DNA of 64,000 nt, taken from NCBI GenBank assembly GCA_027486415.1, contig JAIXPC010000011.1, forward strand, positions 43,411 to 107,410, read 5' to 3'. Origin of the DNA: Sphingomonadales bacterium. GTDB taxonomy: Bacteria > Pseudomonadota > Alphaproteobacteria > Sphingomonadales > Sphingomonadaceae. A program made the translations under genes and the position numbers. Below, one piece after another: positions 44,887 to 55,749 of this stretch; position 1 is the stretch's first letter, and the number at the start of each line of letters is the position of its first letter. The notes under the pieces are model-generated. The model had not been told where the DNA came from and did not search any database. It worked only from the letters and a program-made list of their open reading frames with translations.

Positions 44887-45734
44887 TGGGGGATGGCCTT
44901 CAGGCAATCGACGAGTTCGTGACGCCAGTGGCGGGCAGGGCCGGTGATGGCCCAGCTCGTCGCCTTGTCCAGCACGCTCCACGCCGGCCGGCGGGCGGGG
45001 GTGGGATAATCGGCGGTGGTGATCGGGATGATCGGCACGGCGCGGGTGAGCAGGCCCAGCCGCAGCGCCTCGTCCTGGATGGCGACGGCGAAATCATACC
45101 AGCTGGTGATGCCGGCATCCGTCCAGTGGAAGGTGCCTTGGTGCGCCTGCAGTGCCCAGATCGCACGGGCGAGGCTGAGCGCGTGGGTGGGGGTGCCGAC
45201 CTGATCAGCGACGACGTTGACCTCGTCACGGCTGGCCATCAGGCGCAGCATGGTGCGGACGAAATTATTGCCTTCTGCGGCATAGACCCAGGCGGTGCGG
45301 ATGATCAGCGGGGCGGGGTGGTGCGACGCGGCGGCCAGCTCGCCGGCCAGCTTGGTGCGGCCATAGGCGCTGGCCGGGGCCGGCGGCGTGTCCGGCGCGT
45401 AGGGGTGGCAGGCTTCGCCATCGAAGACATAATCGGTCGAGACCTGCACGAAGCGGGCGCCCACGTCCGCCGCGGCCTGGGCGAGGTGCGTGACCGCGAT
45501 GGCGTTGACCGCGAGGGCCGCCGATTCCTCGGCCTCGGCCTTGTCCACCTGTGTCCAGGCGGCAGCGTTGATCACCAGATCAGGCTGCGCGGCAGCGACG
45601 ACATCGGCCACCACGCGCGCGTCGCAGATGTCGAAATCGGCTTCGGGCGGGGCGATCAGGGTGACACCTGCCGGCACGCTGGCGGCCAGCGCCCGGCCCA
45701 GCTGCCCGCCACTGCCGGCGACAAGCACCCTCAT
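44883..45734 (-). CDS. rfbD: dTDP-4-dehydrorhamnose reductase
   Basis: MRVLVAGSGGQLG, STDYVFDG, YGRTK. ATGA overlaps with both neighbours. Confidence 0.9.
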   Translation of the reverse strand: MRVLVAGSGGQLGRALAASVPAGVTLIAPPEADFDICDARVVADVVAAAQPDLVINAAAWTQVDKAEAEESAALAVNAIAVTHLAQAAADVGARFVQVSTDYVFDGEACHPYAPDTPPAPASAYGRTKLAGELAAASHHPAPLIIRTAWVYAAEGNNFVRTMLRLMASRDEVNVVADQVGTPTHALSLARAIWALQAHQGTFHWTDAGITSWYDFAVAIQDEALRLGLLTRAVPIIPITTADYPTPARRPAWSVLDKATSWAITGPARHWRHELVDCLKAIPQ

Positions 45735-46276
45735 GCAAACACCTCTGCATCGGCCAGGAAGGGGGCGGCCTCGTCCTTGGCCGACAGTTGCGGGCCGACG
45801 CCGGTATCGGGCCAGGCGATGCCGATATCGGGATCGTTCCAGCGCAGGCTGCGATCACTGGCCGGGTGGTAGAGGCTGGTGCACTTGTAGAGGAAATCGG
45901 CCGTCTCGCTCAGCACCACGAAGCCGTGGGCAAAGCCGGGCGGGATCCACAGCATCCGGTGATTGTCGGCGCTGATCTCGACGCCGACCCATTTCCCGAA
46001 ATACGGCGAGGAGCGGCGGATGTCCACCGCCACGTCGAACACCGCGCCCTGCGTGACCCGCACCAGTTTCCCTTGCGGGTTTTCCAGCTGGTAATGCAGG
46101 CCGCGCAGCACGCCGCGCGCCGATCGGCTGTGATTGTCCTGCACGAATGCCATGCTCAGCCCAGCGTTTGCAAAGCTCTGCTGGTTCCAGCTTTCGAGGA
46201 AAAAACCGCGCGCGTCACCGAACACCCGGGGTTCGATGATCAGCACGCCGGGCAGGGCGGTTTCGATGACGTTCAC
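45731..46276 (-). CDS. rfbC: dTDP-4-dehydrorhamnose 3,5-epimerase
   Basis: GTG start. FGDARGFFLESW, RGLHYQ, WIPPGFAHGF. Confidence 0.92.
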   Translation of the reverse strand: MNVIETALPGVLIIEPRVFGDARGFFLESWNQQSFANAGLSMAFVQDNHSRSARGVLRGLHYQLENPQGKLVRVTQGAVFDVAVDIRRSSPYFGKWVGVEISADNHRMLWIPPGFAHGFVVLSETADFLYKCTSLYHPASDRSLRWNDPDIGIAWPDTGVGPQLSAKDEAAPFLADAEVFA

Positions 46277-46286
46277 CGGCCCTGCC

Positions 46287-47162
<876 letters not shown>

Positions 47163-47234
47163 GTTTGTCCCCTTCTCTGTGGCCCATCACAGCGGCGCCG
47201 GGCCGACAGTGCGCCGGCCCGACCGGGACGAGAG

Positions 47235-48212
47235 TTACTTGGCTGCCGGCGTGCCTGCAACCGGGGCTGCGGCACCTGCGGCGGGGGCAGCTGCGGCGGG
47301 AGCACCTGCGGCGGCGGCCGGTGCGGCCTTCTGCAACTGGGCCTGCACCTTTTCGGGCGTGTCATAGCCCTTGGCATAGGTGATCTTGGCCTTGTTAGCT
47401 TCGCGCAGGCGGGTCAGTTCGGCCTGCAGGCGCTTGCCGATCTCCTGGCGCTGGATGACCTGCTGGGCATAGGTGATGGCCTTTTCGCCGATGAACGGCT
47501 GGGTATCCATCTTGGAGACGACGTTGACATAGACGACCGGCGCCGGCGCACCCGCGGGCTGATCGCTGTAGAGGAACGGTTCCCCGCCCGGGCCGCGGTT
47601 CATCTTGATGAATTCCTGGCTCAGGCGCGGGTCGAGCACCAGCGTGTCGATCTGCTGGGGGGCGCGGCGGTAATCGATGTTGTTCTCGATCAGCACCTTT
47701 TCCACTTCCTGCATCGTCTTGGCATCCTTCAGCGGCAGGTTGGCCTGCGCCGGGGTGCGGAGGAACTGGATCTGATCGAGCGTCATGATGCGGCGATCGG
47801 CAAACATCACCGGGTTGTCGCTGATGAACTTCTGCGCGGCTTCGCGCGGGGTCTGCGGCACCTTGCCGGCCACATCGGCCTGCAGCGCCTGCACCAGCAG
47901 GTTTTCATCGGTGCGCGCCTTGGTCAGCACGAAATTCGGCGACTGATCCAGCTTCTTCGCGCGGGCTTCGCCGGCCAGCATCTTGCGTTCGATCACGCGC
48001 GACAGGGCGACGGCCTCCACCAGCTTGCGCGGGGCGGACTGCGCCTGCGGGCCCATGCCGGCGATTTCGGCATTCACTTCGTGGATGGTCACGTCCTTGC
48101 CGTCGACGGTGGCGACAACCTGGCCTTCCGGGCCCTTTTCGTCCTTGCCGCACGCAGCAAGGCCAAGGCTGGCAACAGTGGCAAGAAGCAGGGTGATCGT
48201 CCGCGTTTTCAT
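47235..48212 (-). CDS. SurA/EpsD-like periplasmic chaperone lipoprotein (peptidyl-prolyl isomerase family, catalytic residues not evident) with Ala/Pro-rich tail
   Basis: Track ORF trimmed to ATG 48212 preceded by AAGGAGAGA. Lipobox LGLAACG. SurA_N-like VATVDGKDVTIHEVNAEI. C-terminal AAPAAAAGAPAAAAPAAGAAAPVAGTPAAK. Confidence 0.55.
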   Translation of the reverse strand: MKTRTITLLLATVASLGLAACGKDEKGPEGQVVATVDGKDVTIHEVNAEIAGMGPQAQSAPRKLVEAVALSRVIERKMLAGEARAKKLDQSPNFVLTKARTDENLLVQALQADVAGKVPQTPREAAQKFISDNPVMFADRRIMTLDQIQFLRTPAQANLPLKDAKTMQEVEKVLIENNIDYRRAPQQIDTLVLDPRLSQEFIKMNRGPGGEPFLYSDQPAGAPAPVVYVNVVSKMDTQPFIGEKAITYAQQVIQRQEIGKRLQAELTRLREANKAKITYAKGYDTPEKVQAQLQKAAPAAAAGAPAAAAPAAGAAAPVAGTPAAK

Positions 48213-48329
48213 CGTGTCTCTCCTTGTCGTGCCGTCGCAAATACCGGCAGCACAAGCGTCAATTGATTGCTGCAACTCTTGCCGTTCAGGTTGCCGATGG
48301 TCAATGCTGTGCAAACATCGTGGTGGGCA

Positions 48330-49418
48330 TCAGGGCTTGCGGCCCAGGGCGGCGCGGGCGATGGCACTGGCATGGCGCGGCTGCCGGCGCAGCAGCCGGC
48401 GCAGCACCAGCACCCAGCACAGCAGCCAGTGCAGCGGCCACAGCCAGCGATAATGCCGCCAGGTGAATTTCAGCCGCGACCGCGCCAGCCAGTAATCGGC
48501 AAAGGCACTGCGCCTGGTGCGTGCACTGGCCGAACCGATCGATCGGCCGGCCTTGTGGAACACGGTTGCGCCATGGGCAAAGGCGGTTTCAAAGGCGCGA
48601 TCGCGCAGGCGCCGGTTGCGGACAGACCAGTCGATCTCCTCGAAATAGAGGAAATAGCTCTCGTCCATCAGGCCGACCTCGCCCAGGAAGGCGCGGCTGA
48701 CGGCGATGCTGGCGCCCAGCACGAAATCGGTGGCGTCGGCCACGTCCTGCGGGCTGTATTTCACCGTGGCCGGCTGTTCGCCGCCCAGCGATCGCCCGGT
48801 GCCGGTGAAGATGTTGTAGGCCGAACCGTTCAACGCCTGCACGCGATCGGGCTGCCAGTAATGGCGCACCACCGTGCCGCACATGCCGACGCGCGGCGTT
48901 GCCATCATGCGCGACAACAGCGCCATCGCGGCATCGGGCGCCACCACGGTATCGTTGTTCAAAAGCCAGAAATGGCTGAGCTGGCGATCGGCGAGCAGAT
49001 GGCGCAGGCCAAGATTGTTGCCGCCGGCAAAGCCCAGATTGTCGGGCGAGGTGATCAGCGTGAACTGGGGCACCAGATCGCCCGTCTGCTGGCCGGGGCC
49101 GACATCGGCGCCGGCGATTTCGGCCATCGGCACCGGCTTGGGCAGGGGCGGGGTGGAAAAGGCCGCCATGTCGGAGGATTCGGCCTGCACATCGTTGCCG
49201 CCGGCGGCCCACTGGCGCAGCCGTTCGGCGCTGTCGTCGCCCGAGCCGTTTTCCACCACCACCACCTTCATCGGCAGCGTCGAGCGCAGCAGGCTTTCGA
49301 GACATTCGATCGTGTCGGACGCGCCGCGATAGTTGACGATGACGACGCCAAGCAGCGGCGGCAGCGGCGAGGGGGCGAGGGCGCCGGGCGTGCGCTGGGG
49401 GGCGGTGGCTGCCGTCAT
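48330..49418 (-). CDS. family 2 glycosyltransferase
   Basis: Track ORF trimmed to ATG 49418. GVVIVNYRGASDTIECLESL, VVVENGSGD, NLGFAGGNN. ATGA overlap with the upstream GT2. Confidence 0.85.
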   Translation of the reverse strand: MTAATAPQRTPGALAPSPLPPLLGVVIVNYRGASDTIECLESLLRSTLPMKVVVVENGSGDDSAERLRQWAAGGNDVQAESSDMAAFSTPPLPKPVPMAEIAGADVGPGQQTGDLVPQFTLITSPDNLGFAGGNNLGLRHLLADRQLSHFWLLNNDTVVAPDAAMALLSRMMATPRVGMCGTVVRHYWQPDRVQALNGSAYNIFTGTGRSLGGEQPATVKYSPQDVADATDFVLGASIAVSRAFLGEVGLMDESYFLYFEEIDWSVRNRRLRDRAFETAFAHGATVFHKAGRSIGSASARTRRSAFADYWLARSRLKFTWRHYRWLWPLHWLLCWVLVLRRLLRRQPRHASAIARAALGRKP

Positions 49419-50353
49419 GCGGCACCGCCATGCCAGTGGGTGGCGGCATCTTCGTCGTGGGCGCCGATCACGCGCAGCATTTCGGCCCCGCGCAGCAGGC
49501 GGACGCGGGCCAGCACGCCGATGCCGCGCAGCCGGTTGGCCAGCCCCGAAAGCCGGGAGGAGGCCAGCAGGCGCATCGCATCGACCAGCACCGATAGCGG
49601 CATCGCCAGCGCCTTGGCCACCCACGTCGCCAGCGGCTTGCCGGCGGCGCGATGTTCGGCCCAGTCGTGAGCGACATGGCGCTGCCACTTGATCCGCAGG
49701 CTGGCCAGATCAGGCCGGGCCGGGTGATAGATCCGCATGGCGTCGATATAGACGGGGCGATAGCCGGCGGCCGTGGCCCGCTGGCCCCAGTCGCGATCCT
49801 CGGCGACGCCGATGCCGGCAAACGGCCCGACGGCGGCATGGACATCGCGGTGCATGGCAAGGTTGCCGGTGCCGGAAAAGCCCTGCCGTTCGATGTAGAG
49901 ACGCTGACGATAGGCAAACACCGCCTCATAGGCTTCCACCGGGGTCAGGTGGGCCGGATCGACGAAATCGATGCAGACATCACCGCCGACGACGCCGCGG
50001 TTGCCAGCGGCCTCCACTGCCTCGACGGCCGCCTTCAGCCAGCCGGGGCCAGCCCGGCAATCGGCATCGATGAAGGCCAGCACGGGGGCGCGGGCGGCAG
50101 CAACGCCGGTGTTGCGCGCCGGGCCGGGGCCGGGGGTGGGGTCAACGAAATAGCGCACGGCGGGATAATCGCGCAGCACCGCTTCGGGCGTGATGCGCGA
50201 GCCATTGTCGACGACAATGATCTCCACATCGCCATCCAGTTCCTGCGCGCTGACCGAGGCCAGGCAACGCGCCAGCGCATCCGGCATATTGAAATGCGGG
50301 ATGATCACCGACACACGGGGGTGGTCGGGCGGAGGCGCCGGCGGAGCGGGCAT
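49415..50353 (-). CDS. family 2 glycosyltransferase
   Basis: VSVIIPHFNMPDALARCLASV, VVDNGS, FIDADC (DxD). Confidence 0.85.
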   Translation of the reverse strand: MPAPPAPPPDHPRVSVIIPHFNMPDALARCLASVSAQELDGDVEIIVVDNGSRITPEAVLRDYPAVRYFVDPTPGPGPARNTGVAAARAPVLAFIDADCRAGPGWLKAAVEAVEAAGNRGVVGGDVCIDFVDPAHLTPVEAYEAVFAYRQRLYIERQGFSGTGNLAMHRDVHAAVGPFAGIGVAEDRDWGQRATAAGYRPVYIDAMRIYHPARPDLASLRIKWQRHVAHDWAEHRAAGKPLATWVAKALAMPLSVLVDAMRLLASSRLSGLANRLRGIGVLARVRLLRGAEMLRVIGAHDEDAATHWHGGAA

Positions 50354-50364
50354 GGCGCCAGCGA

Positions 50365-51786
50365 TCAGGCCGCCAGCCGGGCCATCGCCGCCGACATCAT
50401 CAACAGCGAGGCAACGCCGGGATAGCCGAAGCGGAAGTGCGGATCGCCCGGGCCTTCGCGGCGTTCAAGCAGGTCGACGGTGTTGACGAACAGCTTGAGG
50501 TCGCGCTCGATGGCCAGCGGCGACTGGGTGCCACCCATTTCGGCATAGACATCATCGACCGTGAACCAGCCGTCGGCCGAGCTGCCGGCGCGGGCGGCGG
50601 CGACCAGCAGCGGCCAGTGCGTGCGGGCTTCGTCGCGGGCCAGATTGGCCTGGACGCGGCGCGGCAGGCTGGCCTGCCATTCGGCGATGACACGCTCCAC
50701 CGCCGACCGGGCATCGGCATCGCCCACCACCGCGCGATTGTCGTTCATGGCCAGGATGCCGGCCTGGTGGCCCAGCAGGCGCACCAGATAGGGCGAGCCG
50801 CCGGCCATCTGGGTGATCATCGCCACGGCGGCATTGTCGAACCGGATCTCGGCGGCGCGCTCGCCCTGGCGCAGCAGTTCCTTGACCTCGCCGCCCGACA
50901 TCGGCCGCATCGGCAGGCCGGTGATGTTGCGGCGGATCGACGGGGCATAGCCGATCAGTTCATCAAGGTTCAGGGCAACGCCAGTGATCACCAGCTGCAC
51001 GCGCGCGGCGCGGTCAGACAGATTCTTGATCAGTTCGGCGACCTCGCGGCGGAAATTCACGTCCACCACGCGATCATATTCATCAAGGATGATCAGCACG
51101 CGGGTGCCGACGACGCCGGCCATCACGTCCGCCAGTTCGCGCGCACCGAATGGACCATCGGGCAGCATCACTTCGAACGTGTCGCCCTTTTCGGCTTCGG
51201 GCGAGTTGGGCAGCACCGAGGCGTGATAGATGCGCGGGATGCGCGCACACACCGAACGGAACATGTCGGAGAAGTTGGCGGCCGTGCCGCAGCTGCCATA
51301 GATGACGAGATAGCGGGCTTCGCGCGCGGTTTCGGCAAAGACGTGGGCAAGGCTGGTCTTGCCGATGCCGCGTTCGCCATAGATGACGACGTGGACGCGC
51401 TGTTCCTCCACCGCGTTGATCAGCGCCGCCATCGCATCGCGGCGGCCGGCGAAGGCTTCGCGCGCCACAACCGGCTGCGAGGCTCCCAGCGCATCGCGCA
51501 GGGCGAGGCGGCGGCGGGCATTCTCGTTCGCCAGGTCGGTTTCGACATCGTCCGACGCGCTGGCCATGAAGCGCGGCAGCATCGGGCCGGGTTCGGCAGC
51601 GGGCCGGCGGAACAGTTCGCCCGATGCCGGTGCGGCTGGCGTTTCGATCAGGCTGACGGCGGGATCGGCGCGGAACGCAACCGTGGTTGCCGGTTCGGCG
51701 TTTTCGGGCATCGGCGCGGCTTCGGGCGTGGTTTCGATCGGCTCGACCGCGTCCTCACGAACCTTGCGTTTCCAGATCATCATGTC
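50365..51786 (-). CDS. AAA-type P-loop ATPase (Orc1/ExeA-like core) with ~120-aa disordered N-terminal extension; first gene of the GT operon
   Basis: Walker A VVIYGERGIGKTSLA and Walker B VLIILDEYD; the C-terminal ~150 aa form a separate domain. ATG 51786 is preferred over the TTG at 51798. Confidence 0.75.
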   Translation of the reverse strand, partial: DMMIWKRKVREDAVEPIETTPEAAPMPENAEPATTVAFRADPAVSLIETPAAPASGELFRRPAAEPGPMLPRFMASASDDVETDLANENARRRLALRDALGASQPVVAREAFAGRRDAMAALINAVEEQRVHVVIYGERGIGKTSLAHVFAETAREARYLVIYGSCGTAANFSDMFRSVCARIPRIYHASVLPNSPEAEKGDTFEVMLPDGPFGARELADVMAGVVGTRVLIILDEYDRVVDVNFRREVAELIKNLSDRAARVQLVITGVALNLDELIGYAPSIRRNITGLPMRPMSGGEVKELLRQGERAAEIRFDNAAVAMITQMAGGSPYLVRLLGHQAGILAMNDNRAVVGDADARSAVERVIAEWQASLPRRVQANLARDEARTHWPLLVAAARAGSSADGWFTVDDVYAEMGGTQSPLAIERDLKLFVNTVDLLERREGPGDPHFRFGYPGVASLLMMSAAMARLAA

Positions 51787-51897
51787 CCCAGACAACAAAA
51801 CTCGACTGCAAACCGGCGGGATCGCTGCGATCCCTGTTTGCGATCAGAACGGCCGCCCCACCCGATTGCTTGCGTCGTGGTGTGCCACGAAGTGCCG

Positions 51898-51913
51898 TGC
51901 GAAGCGAGTGCCA
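51898..51913 (-). promoter_or_regulatory. possible sigma54-type promoter for the ATPase-GT operon
   Basis: Minus strand reads TGGCACtcgctTCGCA. GG-N10-GC spacing is correct with one mismatch in the -12 box. About 110 nt upstream of the ATG. Confidence 0.3.
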
Positions 51914-52104
51914 TTTACTACCCATTTCATATAATATCGTCAAAAGCCGTTAACGCGGAACGTGAGAAGGTTGCCGACAAGTCCCTGTGCTGATACCAAG
52001 ATCGACTGTCGGTGTTTTCCGTATCCTGTGTGCGTGTTCCTGCGCTGCTAGGGGGCGGATGGAACCTGGCGGGGTGGTGGTGACGTTTTGCGGGGGAGTG
52101 ACGC

Positions 52105-53490
52105 TTGAAAAGGCTGACCAATGTGATTGACGATGGCCAAGCGGTGACCGTGCGCCGGATCACGCTGACAGCGTCGGCCCTGCTGGTTGCGGTCGCGGCG
52201 TCGGTGGCGTCGCCGGCGCACGCGCAGAATCCCTATGCCCAGACGGCCAGTCCCGGCCCTGCCGACAATGATGACGCGCCGCTGCGTGCGCCGACAGCCG
52301 TGCCCGGGCTTGTCGGCTACAGCCGCGGCCTGTCGCTGGGGGCCTCGCTGGCCACGCGCTATGAGGACAATCTGGGTCGCCAGCCCATCGCCGACGATGG
52401 CTTTCGCATCCGCCCGCAGGTGAGCGGCAGCTATGGCCTTGGGCTGGGCCGTGGCGGCGTGTTCGTGCAGGGCAATTACGCCCGCGATTTCATCTATGGC
52501 AACGCCCGCATCGCGCCGGCCGATCGCCTGATGCTGGGCGGCGGTGTCGATTTCCAGCTGTCGCGCTGCACGGGCGAGGCGGGTGGATCGTGGCGGCGCG
52601 GCCTGAGTTTCGTCACGGATGCCGCGCTGTTCGGCGGCTTCAACCAGGAATCGGCGACGGCCGGCTTTGCGGCCCAGTGCCGCCTGGGCGGCGCGTTCAG
52701 CGTCAACGGCTCTGCGCTGCGATCCGACATCAAGACCGTGCGCACCAGCCGGGGCGGCGGAGTCAGCGCCGCCTTCGACATGGAAAGCTGGTCCTATTCG
52801 GCGGGCATCGGCTTTGGCAATCCCGCGCTCGGCCAGTTCTCGCTGTCGGGCTCCATGTCGGATTCCACCATGCCGGGCCGGCTGATCCCGACGCCCACGG
52901 GGCTGGTGGAAGACGGGCTCAGCCAGCGCAATTTGCGCTTTGGCTATTCGCGGCGGCTGGGCACCAGGATCAACGTTTCGGCGGGCGTGTCCTATCTCGA
53001 CACGCAGCCGAGTTCGGACAGCTCGCTCGTCATCATCGACGGCGTGTTGCAGATCGTCGATCGGCCCGGATTCACGGGCGCGGGCTATGACGTGGCGCTG
53101 GATTTCAACCCGACGCCGCGCATGGGCATTTCGCTGACCGCCGGGCGCAACACGGTGGCCAACGGCGTGATCGGCGCGCAATTCACCATCGCCAATTTCT
53201 GGGCGGCGCAGGTCGATTACCGGCTGGGTTCGCGCTACACGATCTCCACCGGCATCAGCATGCGCGACAACCAGTATCGCGGTGCCTTCACGTCCGCGTT
53301 TGAACCGGCGCGGCGCATTTCCGATGATTTCACCCGCGTGTTTGCCCAGTTCGGTGGCCGTCTGGGCCAGCGCCTGCGCTTTGCGTTCGACGTGACGCAC
53401 AGCCGCCGCCGCTCCAACCCCTCCTCGCTGAACTTCAATTCGACGGGGGCCGGTCTCACCCTTGGTCTGCAGTTTGGGAAAGGTCGATGA
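52105..53490 (+). CDS. outer-membrane beta-barrel protein of the EPS locus (putative)
   Basis: TTG start with GGGGGAG SD. Signal peptide ending AHAQN. Alternating amphipathic strands rich in G/S/Y/R throughout. First gene of a six-gene block joined by overlapping or closely spaced stop/start codons. Confidence 0.55.
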   Translation: MKRLTNVIDDGQAVTVRRITLTASALLVAVAASVASPAHAQNPYAQTASPGPADNDDAPLRAPTAVPGLVGYSRGLSLGASLATRYEDNLGRQPIADDGFRIRPQVSGSYGLGLGRGGVFVQGNYARDFIYGNARIAPADRLMLGGGVDFQLSRCTGEAGGSWRRGLSFVTDAALFGGFNQESATAGFAAQCRLGGAFSVNGSALRSDIKTVRTSRGGGVSAAFDMESWSYSAGIGFGNPALGQFSLSGSMSDSTMPGRLIPTPTGLVEDGLSQRNLRFGYSRRLGTRINVSAGVSYLDTQPSSDSSLVIIDGVLQIVDRPGFTGAGYDVALDFNPTPRMGISLTAGRNTVANGVIGAQFTIANFWAAQVDYRLGSRYTISTGISMRDNQYRGAFTSAFEPARRISDDFTRVFAQFGGRLGQRLRFAFDVTHSRRRSNPSSLNFNSTGAGLTLGLQFGKGR

Positions 53491-54266
53491 TGAACTTGCT
53501 TGTCCGCTCCGCCGCTGTCGCGCTGATCGCCGCCGGCGCTGCAACCGCGCAGACGTCCGCCGATTACAAGGGCTACACGCTGGGCCCCGACGATACCGTG
53601 CAGGTGATCGTCTATGGCCAGAGCGAGTTCAACGTCACGACGCGGGTGAAGGCCGACGGCACGATCGTCATGCCGCTGATCGGCATCGTGCAGGCGGCCG
53701 GCCAGACCAACATCACGCTCGCCAAGCAGATCACCGACAGGCTGGTGTCGGGTGGCTATCTCAAGGAGCCGCTCGTCAACATCGAAGTGGGCGCCTATGT
53801 CTCGCGCTCGGTCAATATCGCCGGCAATGTCGGCGCGCCCGGCATCGTGCCGCTGGACCGGCCCTATCACGCCCTCGAAGCACTGCTGAAGGCCGGCTGG
53901 GTGCGCGGTGATGGTGCCAACTATGTCTATCTGCGCCGCCAGGGCCAGCCGGAACGCCGGCTGGAGGTGGAGCAGCTGGTGCGCGGGGATGCCAACAACG
54001 ATCCGCTTCTGATGCCCGGCGACACGCTGTTCGTGCCGCCGGCCGAAACCTTCTTCATCTATGGCCAGATCAACGCGCCGGGCATGAAGGCGATCCTGCC
54101 GGGCATGACGATCCGCCAGGCCATCGCGCTGTCGGGCGGCGTTTCGCCATCGGGCAAGGCCGACAAGGTGGGGCTGGTGCGCGGCACAGGCAAGGAAATC
54201 GACGCCGATCCGTCCATGAAGGTGCAGAACGGCGATGTGATCATCATCAAGGAACGGCTGTTCTGA
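53487..54266 (+). CDS. polysaccharide export protein (Wza/EpsE-like, Poly_export + SLBB)
   Basis: YTLGPDDTVQVIVYG..., PLIGIVQAAGQT, and C-terminal SLBB-like LQNGDVIIIKERLF. Confidence 0.85.
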   Translation: MMNLLVRSAAVALIAAGAATAQTSADYKGYTLGPDDTVQVIVYGQSEFNVTTRVKADGTIVMPLIGIVQAAGQTNITLAKQITDRLVSGGYLKEPLVNIEVGAYVSRSVNIAGNVGAPGIVPLDRPYHALEALLKAGWVRGDGANYVYLRRQGQPERRLEVEQLVRGDANNDPLLMPGDTLFVPPAETFFIYGQINAPGMKAILPGMTIRQAIALSGGVSPSGKADKVGLVRGTGKEIDADPSMKVQNGDVIIIKERLF

Positions 54267-54343
54267 TCGGGCCTGCTCTGATCGGGAACGGGGATCGTTG
54301 TGATGGGTAACGGGAAAGGGGCCAGGGCAACTGGCATGACACG

Positions 54344-55738
54344 ATGAGCATCATTCAGCTTTTGCGTATCCTGATCGCCCGGCGGTGGATCGTGTTCGGA
54401 TGCATGATCCTGTCGCTGATCGTGGCTGGCGCTGTCGGCAAGATCCTGCCGGCGCGTTTCCCGGCCACCGCGCGTGTGCTGATGGACAATTTCAAGCCCG
54501 ATCCGGTGACCGGCACCATGATGAATGCGGCGGGCCTGCGGAGCTTCACCCGCACCCAGATCGAGCTGATCAAGGACTATCGCATCGCCGGCGAAGCCGT
54601 TGACAAGCTGGGCCTGACCAACAACCCCGATCTTCTGGCGCAGTGGCAGGCGCAAACCGGCGGCTATGGCGATTTCCGGCGCTGGATCGCCGACCGGATC
54701 ATCGACAGCACGCGCGTCGATCTCGTCGAGAATTCCAACATCATGGCGCTCACCTACGAGGCCAGCAATCCCGAAGTGGCGCGCCGCACGGTCAATGCCC
54801 TGCGCGACGCCTACATCGAAAACAGCCTGAAATTCCGCACCGACAGTGCTGGCCGCTCTGCCGAATGGTATCGCGAGCAGGCCAATCGCGCGCTGAAGTC
54901 GCTGGAGGCTGCCGAAGCCGCCAAGACCAAGTTCGAGCAGGATAACGGCATCGTGATGACCAGCGCGGGCGAGGCCGAGACGGTGAAGCTGGCCAGCCTG
55001 CAGGCGGCGGTGACGGCGGCGCGCAGCAATGAAAGCGTGCAGCAGTTCGAAGCCGTTCGCCAGTCGACCACGTCGGGCGTTGTCGACCAGCTGAAGGTGC
55101 AGCTGGCGACGCTCAACGATCAGATCGAGACGGCATCGGAGCGGCTGGGCACCAAGCACCCGACCTATATCGCCATGCTGTCGCGCCGGGAGCAGCTGGA
55201 ACGCCAGCTGGGCCGCGAACAGGCGGCTGCCCGCCAGGCCGGGGCTGCCCAGCTGGGGGCCACGCGTGGCAGCATCGCGTCCATCGAGGCGGCCTACGAG
55301 GCGCAGCGCGCCAAGGTGTTTGCCATGAAGGAGAAGCTCGACAAGCTGAACCAGCTCGTCAGCGAGGTCATGCTGCGCCGCGCGCAATATGAACAGGCCG
55401 CCAAGCGCACCGCCGATCTGCAGCTGGAATCCAACGTGGCCGATGCCGGCCTGATCGTGCTGGGCGACGCCACGGTGTCGGGCAAGCCATCCTTCCCGAA
55501 CTGGCCGCTGATCATCGGCCTCGCGACGGGCGCCGGCCTTGCCCTTGGCATCGTGATGGGTCTGTTCGTCGAACTGGTCAACCGCCGTGTCCGCGGTTCG
55601 GAAGACCTCAGCTATGCCGCGCGCGTGCCGGTGTTCGCCGTGATCGCCGAGCGTCGCAAGCCGGAATGGCACCAGTTCGTCAAGCGTATCATCAGCCGCG
55701 GCAACGCCAAGCCATCCGGCATGCAGCCGGCGCAGTGA
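54344..55738 (+). CDS. polysaccharide chain-length determinant (Wzz/GumC-like PCP)
   Basis: N-terminal TM, Wzz motif region, long coiled-coil, and a second TM (WPLIIGLATGAGLALGIVMGLFV). Confidence 0.85.
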   Translation: MSIIQLLRILIARRWIVFGCMILSLIVAGAVGKILPARFPATARVLMDNFKPDPVTGTMMNAAGLRSFTRTQIELIKDYRIAGEAVDKLGLTNNPDLLAQWQAQTGGYGDFRRWIADRIIDSTRVDLVENSNIMALTYEASNPEVARRTVNALRDAYIENSLKFRTDSAGRSAEWYREQANRALKSLEAAEAAKTKFEQDNGIVMTSAGEAETVKLASLQAAVTAARSNESVQQFEAVRQSTTSGVVDQLKVQLATLNDQIETASERLGTKHPTYIAMLSRREQLERQLGREQAAARQAGAAQLGATRGSIASIEAAYEAQRAKVFAMKEKLDKLNQLVSEVMLRRAQYEQAAKRTADLQLESNVADAGLIVLGDATVSGKPSFPNWPLIIGLATGAGLALGIVMGLFVELVNRRVRGSEDLSYAARVPVFAVIAERRKPEWHQFVKRIISRGNAKPSGMQPAQ

Positions 55739-55749
55739 GTAACCAGCCC

